Shown here: in pieces, positions 1-8,698 of the stretch | Position numbering within the stretch: position 1 is the stretch's first letter | How the letters are laid out: each line of letters starts with the position of its first letter | NCBI RefSeq assembly: GCF_900539655.1 | Contig: NZ_UQCR01000009.1 | Source of the DNA: an uncultured Robinsoniella sp. | Lineage (GTDB): Bacteria > Bacillota > Clostridia > Lachnospirales > Lachnospiraceae | Strand: one strand, 5' to 3' | DNA length: 64,000 nt | Made by a program: the position numbers and the translations under genes | The notes under the pieces: model-generated | What the model was told of the DNA's origin: nothing | The model's database searches: none | Seen by the model: the letters and a program-made list of their open reading frames with translations, nothing else

Positions 1-595
1 TTACCTCACCTTTGATGACTTCCATCTTTACTCCGTTGATCAGCTGAATCGCTTTATCTTTTCCTATGGTATCTCCAAGTTCACCGGTCTGAATCAGTTC
101 ATCTGTTGCAAGCTGTTTTTTGTCTTCACTTAATGTTCCGTCGGAAGCTTTTTCATATGCTTTTAAAATTCCGGTAAGTGCTCCGGTACCGGATACCTCT
201 ATGGGACACGCCGCAACCACATTACAATTTGTTATTCCGGCAGTCGTCAGTGTTGATGCAATCATATTGCTTGTAACCCAGGTCAAATTTGCTGTTTTTA
301 CCTGAATTCCACCGGAAGTTGTGGGTTCGATATAGGCACAGCTGTAAGTTCTTGTTCCAATGACATCTTCCGAAGCTATTCCTTCCAGGTACTGGCGCTC
401 TTCTGTATTATTAACTTCGATTACCTCAACCGCATTTTTCTCTACTCCAAAGTATTTAAACATGGTATCTTTTTGTTCCTGAGACAGGTTTGCCCCAAGT
501 GTTACCACCTTACTGCTGTCTGCAAAGGCGGTGATGGATACCAGACACGACAGGCAGAATGCCGCCGCTGTCATTTTAAACAATTTTTTCTTCAC
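1..595 (-). CDS. DUF1002 (YpuA-like) secreted protein, 3' end runs off the window
   Basis: Not in the ORF track. GTG at 595 follows a GGAGG RBS. Translation: MKKKLFKMTAAAFCLSCLVSITAFADSSKVVTLGANLSQEQKDTM...VAACPIEVSGTGALTGILKAYE. Has a signal peptide and the VTLGANL and VSGTGALTGI motifs. Confidence 0.85.
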   Translation of the reverse strand, partial: MKKKLFKMTAAAFCLSCLVSITAFADSSKVVTLGANLSQEQKDTMFKYFGVEKNAVEVIEVNNTEERQYLEGIASEDVIGTRTYSCAYIEPTTSGGIQVKTANLTWVTSNMIASTLTTAGITNCNVVAACPIEVSGTGALTGILKAYEKASDGTLSEDKKQLATDELIQTGELGDTIGKDKAIQLINGVKMEVIKGEV

Positions 596-833
596 GTTTT
601 TCCTCCAATCCGGAACTTTCGTTCCCTGCATCTTAATGAAAGCATTTCAGACCTAAGATGGGCTGTCTGCTTTCAGATGTCCATTATTGTACCATATTTT
701 GTGAATATTTACTATCATCTGGTTTATTCTTAAGTTTTCCATAATAAAATTATAACCTCTCCCATCTTCGGAGAAAATTATCTTTTATTTTGCCTTCAAA
801 CGCGTTATAATACCAGAGGACTGTAAACTACAA

Positions 834-877
834 AAATGAGTTCGAAACCTTCCTCATTTAAAACAAAACTAAAGGAG
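834..877 (+). ncRNA. PreQ1 class I riboswitch
   Basis: Stem AAATGAG (834-840)/CTCATTT (853-859), loop TTCGAAACCTTC, then an A-rich tail AAAACAAAACTAA running into the AAGGAG RBS of queT. TATAAT at 806-811. Confidence 0.88.
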
Positions 878-884
878 AAAATTT

Positions 885-1376
885 ATGAGAAACAAAAAAG
901 TTTTATTTATGGCACAGGCATCCATCATTGCTGCAATTTACGTGGTGCTGACTGTCCTGTTCGCCCCATTTGGATTTGCCAGTATCCAGGTCCGGATTTC
1001 AGAGGCACTGACCATCTTGCCTTATTTTACTCCGGCTGCAATTCCGGGATTATTTATCGGATGTATATTCGGCAATCTGATCAGCGGAGCAATTCCCATT
1101 GATGTTGTATGCGGCAGCCTTGCGACACTCCTTGCAGCATATTGTTCGTATTTACTCCGCCGTCAAAAATTTCTGGTACCTCTCCCGCCCATCATAGCCA
1201 ATACCTTGGTCGTACCCTTTGTTCTCTACTATGGATATGCGATCAATTTACCAATCCCGCTTATGATGCTTACGGTTGGAATCGGTGAAGTTCTCTCATG
1301 TGCGGTGCTGGGACTGATTGTCCTAACAGTACTGGACAATTATAAACATATCATTTTTCGAAAATGGGTAAGTTAG
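885..1376 (+). CDS. queT: QueT family queuosine-precursor transporter
   Basis: AAIYVVLT...FASIQVRISEAL...PGLFIGC motif in a small polytopic membrane protein preceded by a preQ1 riboswitch. Confidence 0.92.
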   Translation: MRNKKVLFMAQASIIAAIYVVLTVLFAPFGFASIQVRISEALTILPYFTPAAIPGLFIGCIFGNLISGAIPIDVVCGSLATLLAAYCSYLLRRQKFLVPLPPIIANTLVVPFVLYYGYAINLPIPLMMLTVGIGEVLSCAVLGLIVLTVLDNYKHIIFRKWVS

Positions 1377-1410
1377 AAATTTTAATTCCTTATTATTGCA
1401 GAAATACATA

Positions 1411-1435
1411 AAAAGAGCCGGTAAGGGCTCTTTTT
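1411..1435. terminator. Bidirectional intrinsic terminator
   Basis: AAAAGAGCC-GGTAAG-GGCTCTTTTT between convergent queT and the GH112 gene. Confidence 0.8.
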
Positions 1436-1441
1436 ATGTGC

Positions 1442-3598
1442 TTAAATCTTATACCATTTTATTTCATTTGCTTCCATACTCAGGTTGAAGCTGCTTCCGT
1501 CTCCCAGATAAACGATGGTTTCCTGTGGTTCATAAGTATTGTTGACAACACAGTATTTGCCATTTTTGATATATGCATGTACTTCAACATTGTAATTGCT
1601 GCTGAACCATTTATGGATATTTTCTTCATCATGGGTACTCCATAAAATAGAACGGTAAAGCATACGGCTGTTTTCAAAGCTGTAAGGAAGCCCGCTGATA
1701 TAAACGGCACGGCCCTTTCCGAATTCATTTACTGACAACTGAACTTCTTTTTCCCTTTGAACAAGTACCTGGGTTCCCTCCAGTGCGAAGATATTTTTCT
1801 TGCCTTCGCCAAAGTCAATTTCTTCACCGGAATCTTCCATAATAAAATGTTGATGGTTTTCCCAATTGTATTTATCATAGCCCAGGGTGAATCCGCGTTC
1901 CTCTTCTACACCGAAGACATTAGCCAGCTGGATAAACCGACCATTTTCCTGATGTCCGGTAGGCTCACCTACACCGATGATTCCGCCTCCATTGTGTACA
2001 AACTTTTTAACAGCAGAGGCAATATCAGGATCGCACCACCACTCACCGCCGGTATGTGCCGTATCCGCATCACCAACATTGAGGATTACGTCTATGTCGC
2101 TTAGGATTTCCGGATTTTCTTTGATATCCTGAAAGCTGATAAACTTCACGTCAAATGGCGCTCCTGCCAATGCTTCAATCACTCCTGCATAGGAATAATT
2201 CTGTTTGTAGTAAAGTGCATGATGTACCATATGGCATCCCCATGCCCTCATCTTACCCCAGCAGTTCAAAACTGCTACTTTTTTAATACAGTAAGGAACT
2301 GTACCTTTGATATTCTCATAGAGTGTCCGGAACTCTTCACAGACATCTTCTACATAATCTACAAAATCAGGAAATTCCAGTGCTAGTTTCAGATATCCGC
2401 CATAACCGATACGGTCAACCGGTTTTCTTAAAATGGCACGCCTTGCTGTTACCCAGCCTTCTTTTGCTTCCTTTACAGGATCTTTTCCTTCACAGAAAGT
2501 ATCCGGGAAGAAGTAGGGAAGAAGTCTTCCTTCTGTATATTTTACGCCTTCAATATCGCTGATCAGGCGAAGGGTGGAACCATTTCCTACACTGCCGACT
2601 ACAGAGTCCAGACCCAAGGTCTTGAATTCTTCCATAAAAGGCTCTGTTCCGATCCAGTGGTCTCCTAAGAACATCATTGCTTCTTTACCGCATTCATGGG
2701 TAAGTTCAACCATCTCTTTTACGATTTTAGCAACTTCCCTTCTCTGGAATGCCTGGAAATCCTGAAATTCCTTTGTAGGAATCCGGTACTGATTATTATA
2801 ATACCCCTGATCGATGATATATTCCGGGCGGAAAGGATATCCCATTTCTTTTTCAAACTGTTCCAGAATATAGGGACTTACCGAAGCGGAGTAGCCATAC
2901 CAGTCAACATATTTTTCTCTCGCAAGTTCATCAAATACCAGGGTGAACTGATGGAAAAATGTCGTGAAACGAAGTACATTTACATATGGATGCTCTTCGA
3001 TAAACTTTTTCAGCCTCTCTAATGTATAAGCATGTGTCTTTGGCTGTCTGACATCAAAGGTAATCTGATGCTCCACATCCTTCCAGTCATTTGTAACTGC
3101 ATTGTACATATGTACCGGATCCCACATGATATAAGCCAGGAAACTGACCGTATAATCATGAAACGGAACAGCCGTAAGCGTTACATTTCCTGTTTTTTCA
3201 TCATAGCTCCAGTTATCTGTCAGCACTGCTTCCCCTGTTGTTCGGTCGATTACTTCCCACCAGCGTTTGATATCATCTCTGCAGTTCGGTGTCAGCATAT
3301 CCGGATACAGGCCTTTCATCAGGTGAATGGACAACTGTGTATCTTCTGCTGTATAAAACGGCGTCATCAGATACATCTGCTGTATCTCTTCCGGATTCGC
3401 CATTGCCCAGCTATTATCTTTACGGGTCGTATAATATGTAGAATAAATTTTAGCATCCACATCACGAAGTTCTGAGGGGAAATCTGTTCCGTCACAATCC
3501 CGGATTGCATCAGCTCCCCAGCGTTTCATGACCTTAAGAGTTTCCGGAATTACATCTATGTCGGTTGGTATCGTAACACGACCTTGCTTTTGGTTCAT
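1442..3598 (-). CDS. gnpA: 1,3-beta-galactosyl-N-acetylhexosamine phosphorylase (GH112, GNB/LNB phosphorylase)
   Basis: 718 aa. GRVTIPTD, WGADAIRDCDGT, WDPVHMYN, RFTTFFHQF, MFLGDHWIG and PYFFPD motifs are characteristic of GH112. Confidence 0.95.
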   Translation of the reverse strand: MNQKQGRVTIPTDIDVIPETLKVMKRWGADAIRDCDGTDFPSELRDVDAKIYSTYYTTRKDNSWAMANPEEIQQMYLMTPFYTAEDTQLSIHLMKGLYPDMLTPNCRDDIKRWWEVIDRTTGEAVLTDNWSYDEKTGNVTLTAVPFHDYTVSFLAYIMWDPVHMYNAVTNDWKDVEHQITFDVRQPKTHAYTLERLKKFIEEHPYVNVLRFTTFFHQFTLVFDELAREKYVDWYGYSASVSPYILEQFEKEMGYPFRPEYIIDQGYYNNQYRIPTKEFQDFQAFQRREVAKIVKEMVELTHECGKEAMMFLGDHWIGTEPFMEEFKTLGLDSVVGSVGNGSTLRLISDIEGVKYTEGRLLPYFFPDTFCEGKDPVKEAKEGWVTARRAILRKPVDRIGYGGYLKLALEFPDFVDYVEDVCEEFRTLYENIKGTVPYCIKKVAVLNCWGKMRAWGCHMVHHALYYKQNYSYAGVIEALAGAPFDVKFISFQDIKENPEILSDIDVILNVGDADTAHTGGEWWCDPDIASAVKKFVHNGGGIIGVGEPTGHQENGRFIQLANVFGVEEERGFTLGYDKYNWENHQHFIMEDSGEEIDFGEGKKNIFALEGTQVLVQREKEVQLSVNEFGKGRAVYISGLPYSFENSRMLYRSILWSTHDEENIHKWFSSNYNVEVHAYIKNGKYCVVNNTYEPQETIVYLGDGSSFNLSMEANEIKWYKI

Positions 3599-3638
3599 AT
3601 AATAAGTCCTCCTAAATCATCCGAAGCCAGTGCTCCGT

Positions 3639-3818
3639 TTATTTATATTTTCTGTTATAAAGCCAAAGTAAGAAAACCAGCCCAGCCAGACCCACCAGCA
3701 TCATACACAACCAGGGTAAGCCTACATTTTTCTGCCCAATCACAATCAGTGATACGCAGACTACAAAAATAACGAAGACAATTATGCCGGTGATTACTTT
3801 TTTTGTTGTTTCATTCAT
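3639..3818 (-). CDS. Small two-TM membrane protein, 59 aa (recalled as DUF6903-like, unverified)
   Basis: Below the ORF-track cutoff. AGGGGG RBS. MNETTKKVITGIIVFVIFVVCVSLIVIGQKNVGLPWLCMMLVGLAGLVFLLWLYNRKYK*. Fills the gap between the permease and the phosphorylase. Confidence 0.85.
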   Translation of the reverse strand: MNETTKKVITGIIVFVIFVVCVSLIVIGQKNVGLPWLCMMLVGLAGLVFLLWLYNRKYK

Positions 3819-3831
3819 AATAGTATCCCCC

Positions 3832-4716
3832 TTATCCTTTCAGGCCGCCAAGCGTCATTCCCTGTGTCAGCTTCTTCTGGACACACATATAGAGAACCAG
3901 TGTCGGAACCATAACGATTACCAGTCCGGCGTACATCTGACCATACTCTACCGCTGATTTCTGAGCAGCCATAAGGTTCATAAGACCTACCGGCAGCGTC
4001 TTGATTTCCGGTTTAGTAAGCAGTGTCATGGAAATAATATATTCGTTCCAGAATGCAAGGAAGTTAAATAAGATAACGGTTACAACACTTGGTTTTGCCA
4101 TTGGCATGATAACCTGTACCATGGTGCGGCAGTAACCAGCGCCATCCACGTATGCAGCTTCTTCATAATCTTTTGCCAGAGATTTAAAATATCCTGACAG
4201 CAGGTATATGGTAAAGGGCAATGCCGTCGCCGCATATACAACGGATAAAATAAATAGGTTATTCAGGAAAAATGGGTGTCCGAGGATTCCGCGGACTACC
4301 TTATCCCCATTATTCAACATTAAGAAAATCGGTACTACGATATAGTTAACATTAATAAATAATCCAGCCATGAACAAAACATTCCAGAATGCACTGGATT
4401 TAAACTTAAATCTGGCAAGTACATAGGCAGCAGGAAGTGCAATCACTACCAGCAGCACAATTGCAACAACTGTAACAATTGCTGAATTCAGCATGTAAGA
4501 TCCCATGTTGGCTTTTTGCCATGCATCTACAAAGTTCTGCAGATGTATGCCTTCCGGAATCGACCATGGATTTCCGTAAAACTCGGAATTTTGCTTAATA
4601 GAAGCAACAAATACCCAGGCAACCGGAACGATGATTACGATTGCTAATATTGTCAATACAATATAGATGACCGCTTTATATAATTTTGAACCACTTGATT
4701 TCTGATCATTTTTCAT
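3832..4716 (-). CDS. Carbohydrate ABC transporter permease (MalG-like)
   Basis: EAA loop YEEAAYVDGAG, multiple TM segments, FWNEY motif. Confidence 0.93.
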   Translation of the reverse strand: MKNDQKSSGSKLYKAVIYIVLTILAIVIIVPVAWVFVASIKQNSEFYGNPWSIPEGIHLQNFVDAWQKANMGSYMLNSAIVTVVAIVLLVVIALPAAYVLARFKFKSSAFWNVLFMAGLFINVNYIVVPIFLMLNNGDKVVRGILGHPFFLNNLFILSVVYAATALPFTIYLLSGYFKSLAKDYEEAAYVDGAGYCRTMVQVIMPMAKPSVVTVILFNFLAFWNEYIISMTLLTKPEIKTLPVGLMNLMAAQKSAVEYGQMYAGLVIVMVPTLVLYMCVQKKLTQGMTLGGLKG

Positions 4717-4730
4717 TCCAATCCACCTCC

Positions 4731-5630
4731 TTAAAATTCCAGTTCTTCACGTTTTGTTACCCCGTTCAGTACTGCAGCCAGTGCAAATGAGAACAAGAAT
4801 ACCATAACGCCGATCGCCATACCATATCCATAAGATGAATTTGTATATGCCTCCTGGTACATGTAACTTAAAAATACGCTGGATGCTCCGTCAGGACCAC
4901 CATTTGTCATTGCTCTTACGAACAGGAAACTCATATTAATGGTACTGATGATAAAGAAGGTAAGTGTGGTACGGATATTGGTCCAGATAAGAGGAAGGGT
5001 AATGGAGAAAAATTGAGTGATGCGTCCTGCACCTTCCAGACTTGCTGATTCATATAAGCTCTCCGGTATGTTTGCCATACTCGCCATATACATAACCATA
5101 TAGTAACCAATTGCCTGCCATACCATTGCAATTACGATACTATAAATTACTATTTTCTGGTTTCCCAGCCATAATGTTGGATTATCAACACCCGCCTGTC
5201 CTCTGAACAAATTCAAAAACGAATTTAACAAACCAAGATTAGGATCATAGATTGCTGAGAATATGGCACTGATAACAACGACTGACAGAATATTAGGTAT
5301 GTAGAAAATTACTCTGTAGAAATTTTGTCCCTTAATCTTTTCACGGGATAACATTGCCGCAAAGATCAATGAAAGAGAAAATGTAACGATTGTTACAAGT
5401 ACAATTAATAATACTGAATTTTGAAATGCCTGATAGAACTTATCGCTCTGAAACAGCTTTTGAAAATTCTGAAGCCCCACAAAAGTTTTATCATCTGTAT
5501 AACCGCCCCATTTAAACATGGACATACGGAATACGTCAATCGTAGGAATAATCATAAATATTATAAACAGGATTACGGCGGGAGCTAAACAAAAAAATAT
5601 GAATCTCCCTCTCCCTCTTCTATTTTTCAT
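4731..5630 (-). CDS. Carbohydrate ABC transporter permease (MalF-like)
   Basis: FVGLQNF, LYESASLEGAG and TNGGP motifs. Start moved to ATG 5630, after GGAG. Confidence 0.93.
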   Translation of the reverse strand: MKNRRGRGRFIFFCLAPAVILFIIFMIIPTIDVFRMSMFKWGGYTDDKTFVGLQNFQKLFQSDKFYQAFQNSVLLIVLVTIVTFSLSLIFAAMLSREKIKGQNFYRVIFYIPNILSVVVISAIFSAIYDPNLGLLNSFLNLFRGQAGVDNPTLWLGNQKIVIYSIVIAMVWQAIGYYMVMYMASMANIPESLYESASLEGAGRITQFFSITLPLIWTNIRTTLTFFIISTINMSFLFVRAMTNGGPDGASSVFLSYMYQEAYTNSSYGYGMAIGVMVFLFSFALAAVLNGVTKREELEF

Positions 5631-5675
5631 GGCTTCATCTCCATTTCTAAATTTACAGCAGGAATACTGCCTGAT

Positions 5676-5718
5676 AAAAAACAGACGGTGAACATTCATT
5701 CACCGACTGTCTTTTTTT
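5676..5718 (-). terminator. Stem-loop between the binding-protein and permease genes (partial terminator or mRNA stabiliser)
   Basis: AGACGGTGAA...TTCACCGACTGTCT, flanked by A and T tracts. Confidence 0.6.
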
Positions 5719-5727
5719 ATTTTATTG

Positions 5728-7182
5728 TTACTTTAATGCTGCGCGAAGAGCATCGCTGTCTTGTTTCACCTGAGATACCCAGTCATCAAGAGTCTTATCA
5801 CCACTTACCAGTGAGTTGATAGGATCGAAGAATGTAGTACGAACTGTGATACCTTCAACAGGATCTGTTGTAGCAAATGCATCCATAACAGCTACTGCAC
5901 CTGTATCATAGATAGAGTAGTACAGTTTAGCATCGCCGTCTAATTTATCTGCCATACCCTGGATTGGCTGAACTGCTGAACCTTTTTCTGCAAAGATTCC
6001 TGCTGCTTCATCGGTGTACAGATATGCGATAAACTGTTTTCCAAGATCCTGGTTTTCTGCTCCCTTAGGCATCCAAACCTGCTCGAAGAATGTGTAAGAA
6101 GCGCGTTCTCCACCATCTTTTACAGCTGGAAGTGCTGTGAATCCCCATTTGAATCCGTCTGCACGAGGTGCATCTGCCATTTCACCGATAACCCAGTTAC
6201 CGTTTGGCATGAATAATGCTTTGTTGTCCAGAATCATCTGCTGATTTTTACGGAAATCATTGTCATTTGCATTTGCCGGTGTTGTTTGTTCTGTATAAGT
6301 AGCCAGTTTACCAATAATGTCAAATGCTTCTTTAGCTTCCGGTGTATCCCAGATACCTTCTTCATAACGAAGAGCTTTCTGGAAATTGTCGTTACCCATT
6401 GATTCATGTAAAAGAGCATAGAAGAATGCATCAAAATATCCTGCTGTAGGGTATGTAAATAATGCAATGCCTTCTGCCTTTGCTTTGTCGCCTAATTCCC
6501 ACATTTCATCCCATGTAGTAGGAACTGTCCAGCCCTTTTCTTCTAAAAGGCCTTCATTGTAGAATAATCCGCAAGGACCATAGAACATAGGCATCAGATA
6601 TGTTTTGCCATCGCCATAAGGATTTGTTATGGAGTTGTCAACGAAACCTGGAAGAATCTTATCACCAACTGTTTTGTCTTCACCTGGAACAGTCATTGTT
6701 AAAACATCTGTTAAATCTACAATATTATTGTCTTTAATAAATGTTTCTGTCAATGCGGATTCTCCACCTACAGGACGCATGATTACGTCTGGGTAATCTC
6801 CGGATTTCATTGCTGGTGTAATAATGTCTTCTAATTTCTTGTCAATGGTTAATTCAACTTTGACACCAGGATTTGCTTTTTCGAAAGCTGCAGCAACATC
6901 TTTCCACATATCTTGTCCATATGCAGTTTCAACTGCTGCTACTTTAAGTGTCTGCTCTTCTCCGGATGCTGTTGTTTCAGCTGCCTGCTCGGAGTCAGCT
7001 GCTTCAGACTTTGCTTCTGTTGCAGCATCTGTTCCTGCCTCAGATTTTGCTTCTGTTGCAGCGGTTGTATCTTTTGCTGCTGATGTGTCAGTTGAACTAC
7101 CACTTCCACACGCTGTAAGACCAAGCGTCATAGCTGCTGCCATAGTCATACAAAGTACTTTTTTTACTTTTTTTGCCTTCAT
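5728..7182 (-). CDS. Carbohydrate ABC transporter substrate-binding lipoprotein (likely GNB/LNB)
   Basis: Lipobox LTAC, Ala/Thr/Glu-rich linker, family-1 SBP features. Same operon as GH112. Confidence 0.9.
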   Translation of the reverse strand: MKAKKVKKVLCMTMAAAMTLGLTACGSGSSTDTSAAKDTTAATEAKSEAGTDAATEAKSEAADSEQAAETTASGEEQTLKVAAVETAYGQDMWKDVAAAFEKANPGVKVELTIDKKLEDIITPAMKSGDYPDVIMRPVGGESALTETFIKDNNIVDLTDVLTMTVPGEDKTVGDKILPGFVDNSITNPYGDGKTYLMPMFYGPCGLFYNEGLLEEKGWTVPTTWDEMWELGDKAKAEGIALFTYPTAGYFDAFFYALLHESMGNDNFQKALRYEEGIWDTPEAKEAFDIIGKLATYTEQTTPANANDNDFRKNQQMILDNKALFMPNGNWVIGEMADAPRADGFKWGFTALPAVKDGGERASYTFFEQVWMPKGAENQDLGKQFIAYLYTDEAAGIFAEKGSAVQPIQGMADKLDGDAKLYYSIYDTGAVAVMDAFATTDPVEGITVRTTFFDPINSLVSGDKTLDDWVSQVKQDSDALRAALK

Positions 7183-7585
7183 AACATTTTCCTCCTAATA
7201 ATTTAAATGTTTGATACGTTGCCGCATCTTTACTTTGTACATTAAGAATAATCGAAATTACGGGATTTATCAATACATATGTTGCTTCATATTTTATATT
7301 TATTGCTTTTTAGTAATAAAAAAATAAAATACATTTTAAACAAGACATTTTCTACTTTACTTCTCTGAATTTTCATTTTATCCAATATATTGCACAATTT
7401 TTTTGTGTTTTAACTGATTTTATTATTTTATTGTAATAACAAAAGACTTCTGATATAATCATTATATCTAAAATTGATTTTTTTCATCAGCGCAATATAA
7501 CTAATATTATAGGAAAATTTTTTTGACATTCCACAAAAAACGACAGAAAAATCCCCATTATTATAGGAAATGGAAGGGAGAATAT

Positions 7586-8410
7586 ATGGGAAATACACGC
7601 TATCAACTGACGGAATCAGGACATGAAAAAATGCCGGTAAAACTGCTGTATGTAACTTCTGCCCGCTATGAAGGAGACTGGCCGAGCATTAAACATTCTC
7701 ACTATTTCACGGAACTATTCTATGTACGAAAGGGTGCCGGCAATTTTATTGTTGAAGATAAATCCTTTCCCATTATAAAAGATGATCTGGTAATAATCAA
7801 CCCTCATTTGGAACATACGGAAAAATCCCTCGACACCACACCACTTGAATATGTGATTCTGGGAGTCGAAGGACTTAGCTTTTCATTTGGAGGCAATCAG
7901 GAACATACCGTTTTTAACTGTCAGAACAACAAGCATAATATGATGTTCTATTTCACTTCCATGCTGCAGGAAATTGAGCAGAAGCAAAAGAATTATGAAC
8001 TGGTCTGTGCCGATCTGCTGGAAGTTTTAATCATTAATCTGATCCGTCATTCTGATTTTGCCTTTGAGATCGCGCCTGCTCAGAAAGCAAGCAGAGAGTG
8101 CAGCCGCATTAAACGTTATATTGATTCTAACATCTCCGATAACATTACGCTGGATACCCTGGCGGAAATGGCGCATCTTAACAAATATTATTTTGCCCAC
8201 GCTTTTACAGAATCCTACGGACTTTCTCCCATTAATTACCTGAGCGAAAAGCGGATACAGGCAAGTAAAGAACTGCTTACTGCTACCGACCACAGCATAG
8301 CTGAGATCGCCCAGCTGTCCGGTTTTTCCTCCCAGAGTTACTTTGCCCAGAGTTTCCGCAAAGCCTGCGGGATGAGCGCAGGGGACTACCGTAAAAAGAT
8401 GAAGAAGTAG
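7586..8410 (+). CDS. AraC family transcriptional regulator (cupin + HTH)
   Basis: HSHYFTELFYV cupin and SIAEIAQLSGFSSQSYFAQSFRK AraC signature. ATG 7586 follows GGGAG. Divergent from the sugar operon. Confidence 0.93.
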   Translation: MGNTRYQLTESGHEKMPVKLLYVTSARYEGDWPSIKHSHYFTELFYVRKGAGNFIVEDKSFPIIKDDLVIINPHLEHTEKSLDTTPLEYVILGVEGLSFSFGGNQEHTVFNCQNNKHNMMFYFTSMLQEIEQKQKNYELVCADLLEVLIINLIRHSDFAFEIAPAQKASRECSRIKRYIDSNISDNITLDTLAEMAHLNKYYFAHAFTESYGLSPINYLSEKRIQASKELLTATDHSIAEIAQLSGFSSQSYFAQSFRKACGMSAGDYRKKMKK

Positions 8411-8460
8411 GATATGATAGTGCTGCAGCGAATGGTTTATAGTGTTCTATTGAATGACTT

Positions 8461-8693
8461 ATGTAGGGGTTTAGCTGAGGAATGACGCTTTGTATACAGA
8501 GGTAGTGTACGGAAAGAGAAGGGGGCGGACCAGGACATTGGTTTGGAAGGCTTACCGCAGAACTGGCATTTTCTAACCTTCCCGAAGCACTTTTTGGCGG
8601 CAAGCTGACGGAGTCCATATCAGTTTCCCACGCCCATCTTTTCGTACACTACCTATCATCCACAAAGCGTCTTTCCTTAGCAATCCCGCACAT
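8461..8693 (+). repeat. Long imperfect inverted-repeat element (candidate structured RNA or MITE)
   Basis: 8474-8493 pairs with 8662-8681 and 8500-8517 pairs with 8637-8654. Two internal hairpins. Confidence 0.7.
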
Positions 8694-8698
8694 CCACA

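Noticed and set aside
7200..7540. Very AT-rich stretch as a foreign DNA signal or origin
   Set aside because: Explained as the divergent promoter region of the sugar operon and araC. I saw no DnaA-box cluster or mobility genes.
8283..8618. 111-aa minus-strand ORF over the 8.5-kb inverted repeat
   Set aside because: It overlaps the araC 3' end antisense and has no recognisable motif or convincing RBS.
8461..8693. Assignment as 6S RNA, SRP RNA, T-box or a known riboswitch
   Set aside because: I could not identify the diagnostic motifs (large central bubble, SRP GNRA domain, T-box UGGNACC), so it is left unassigned.
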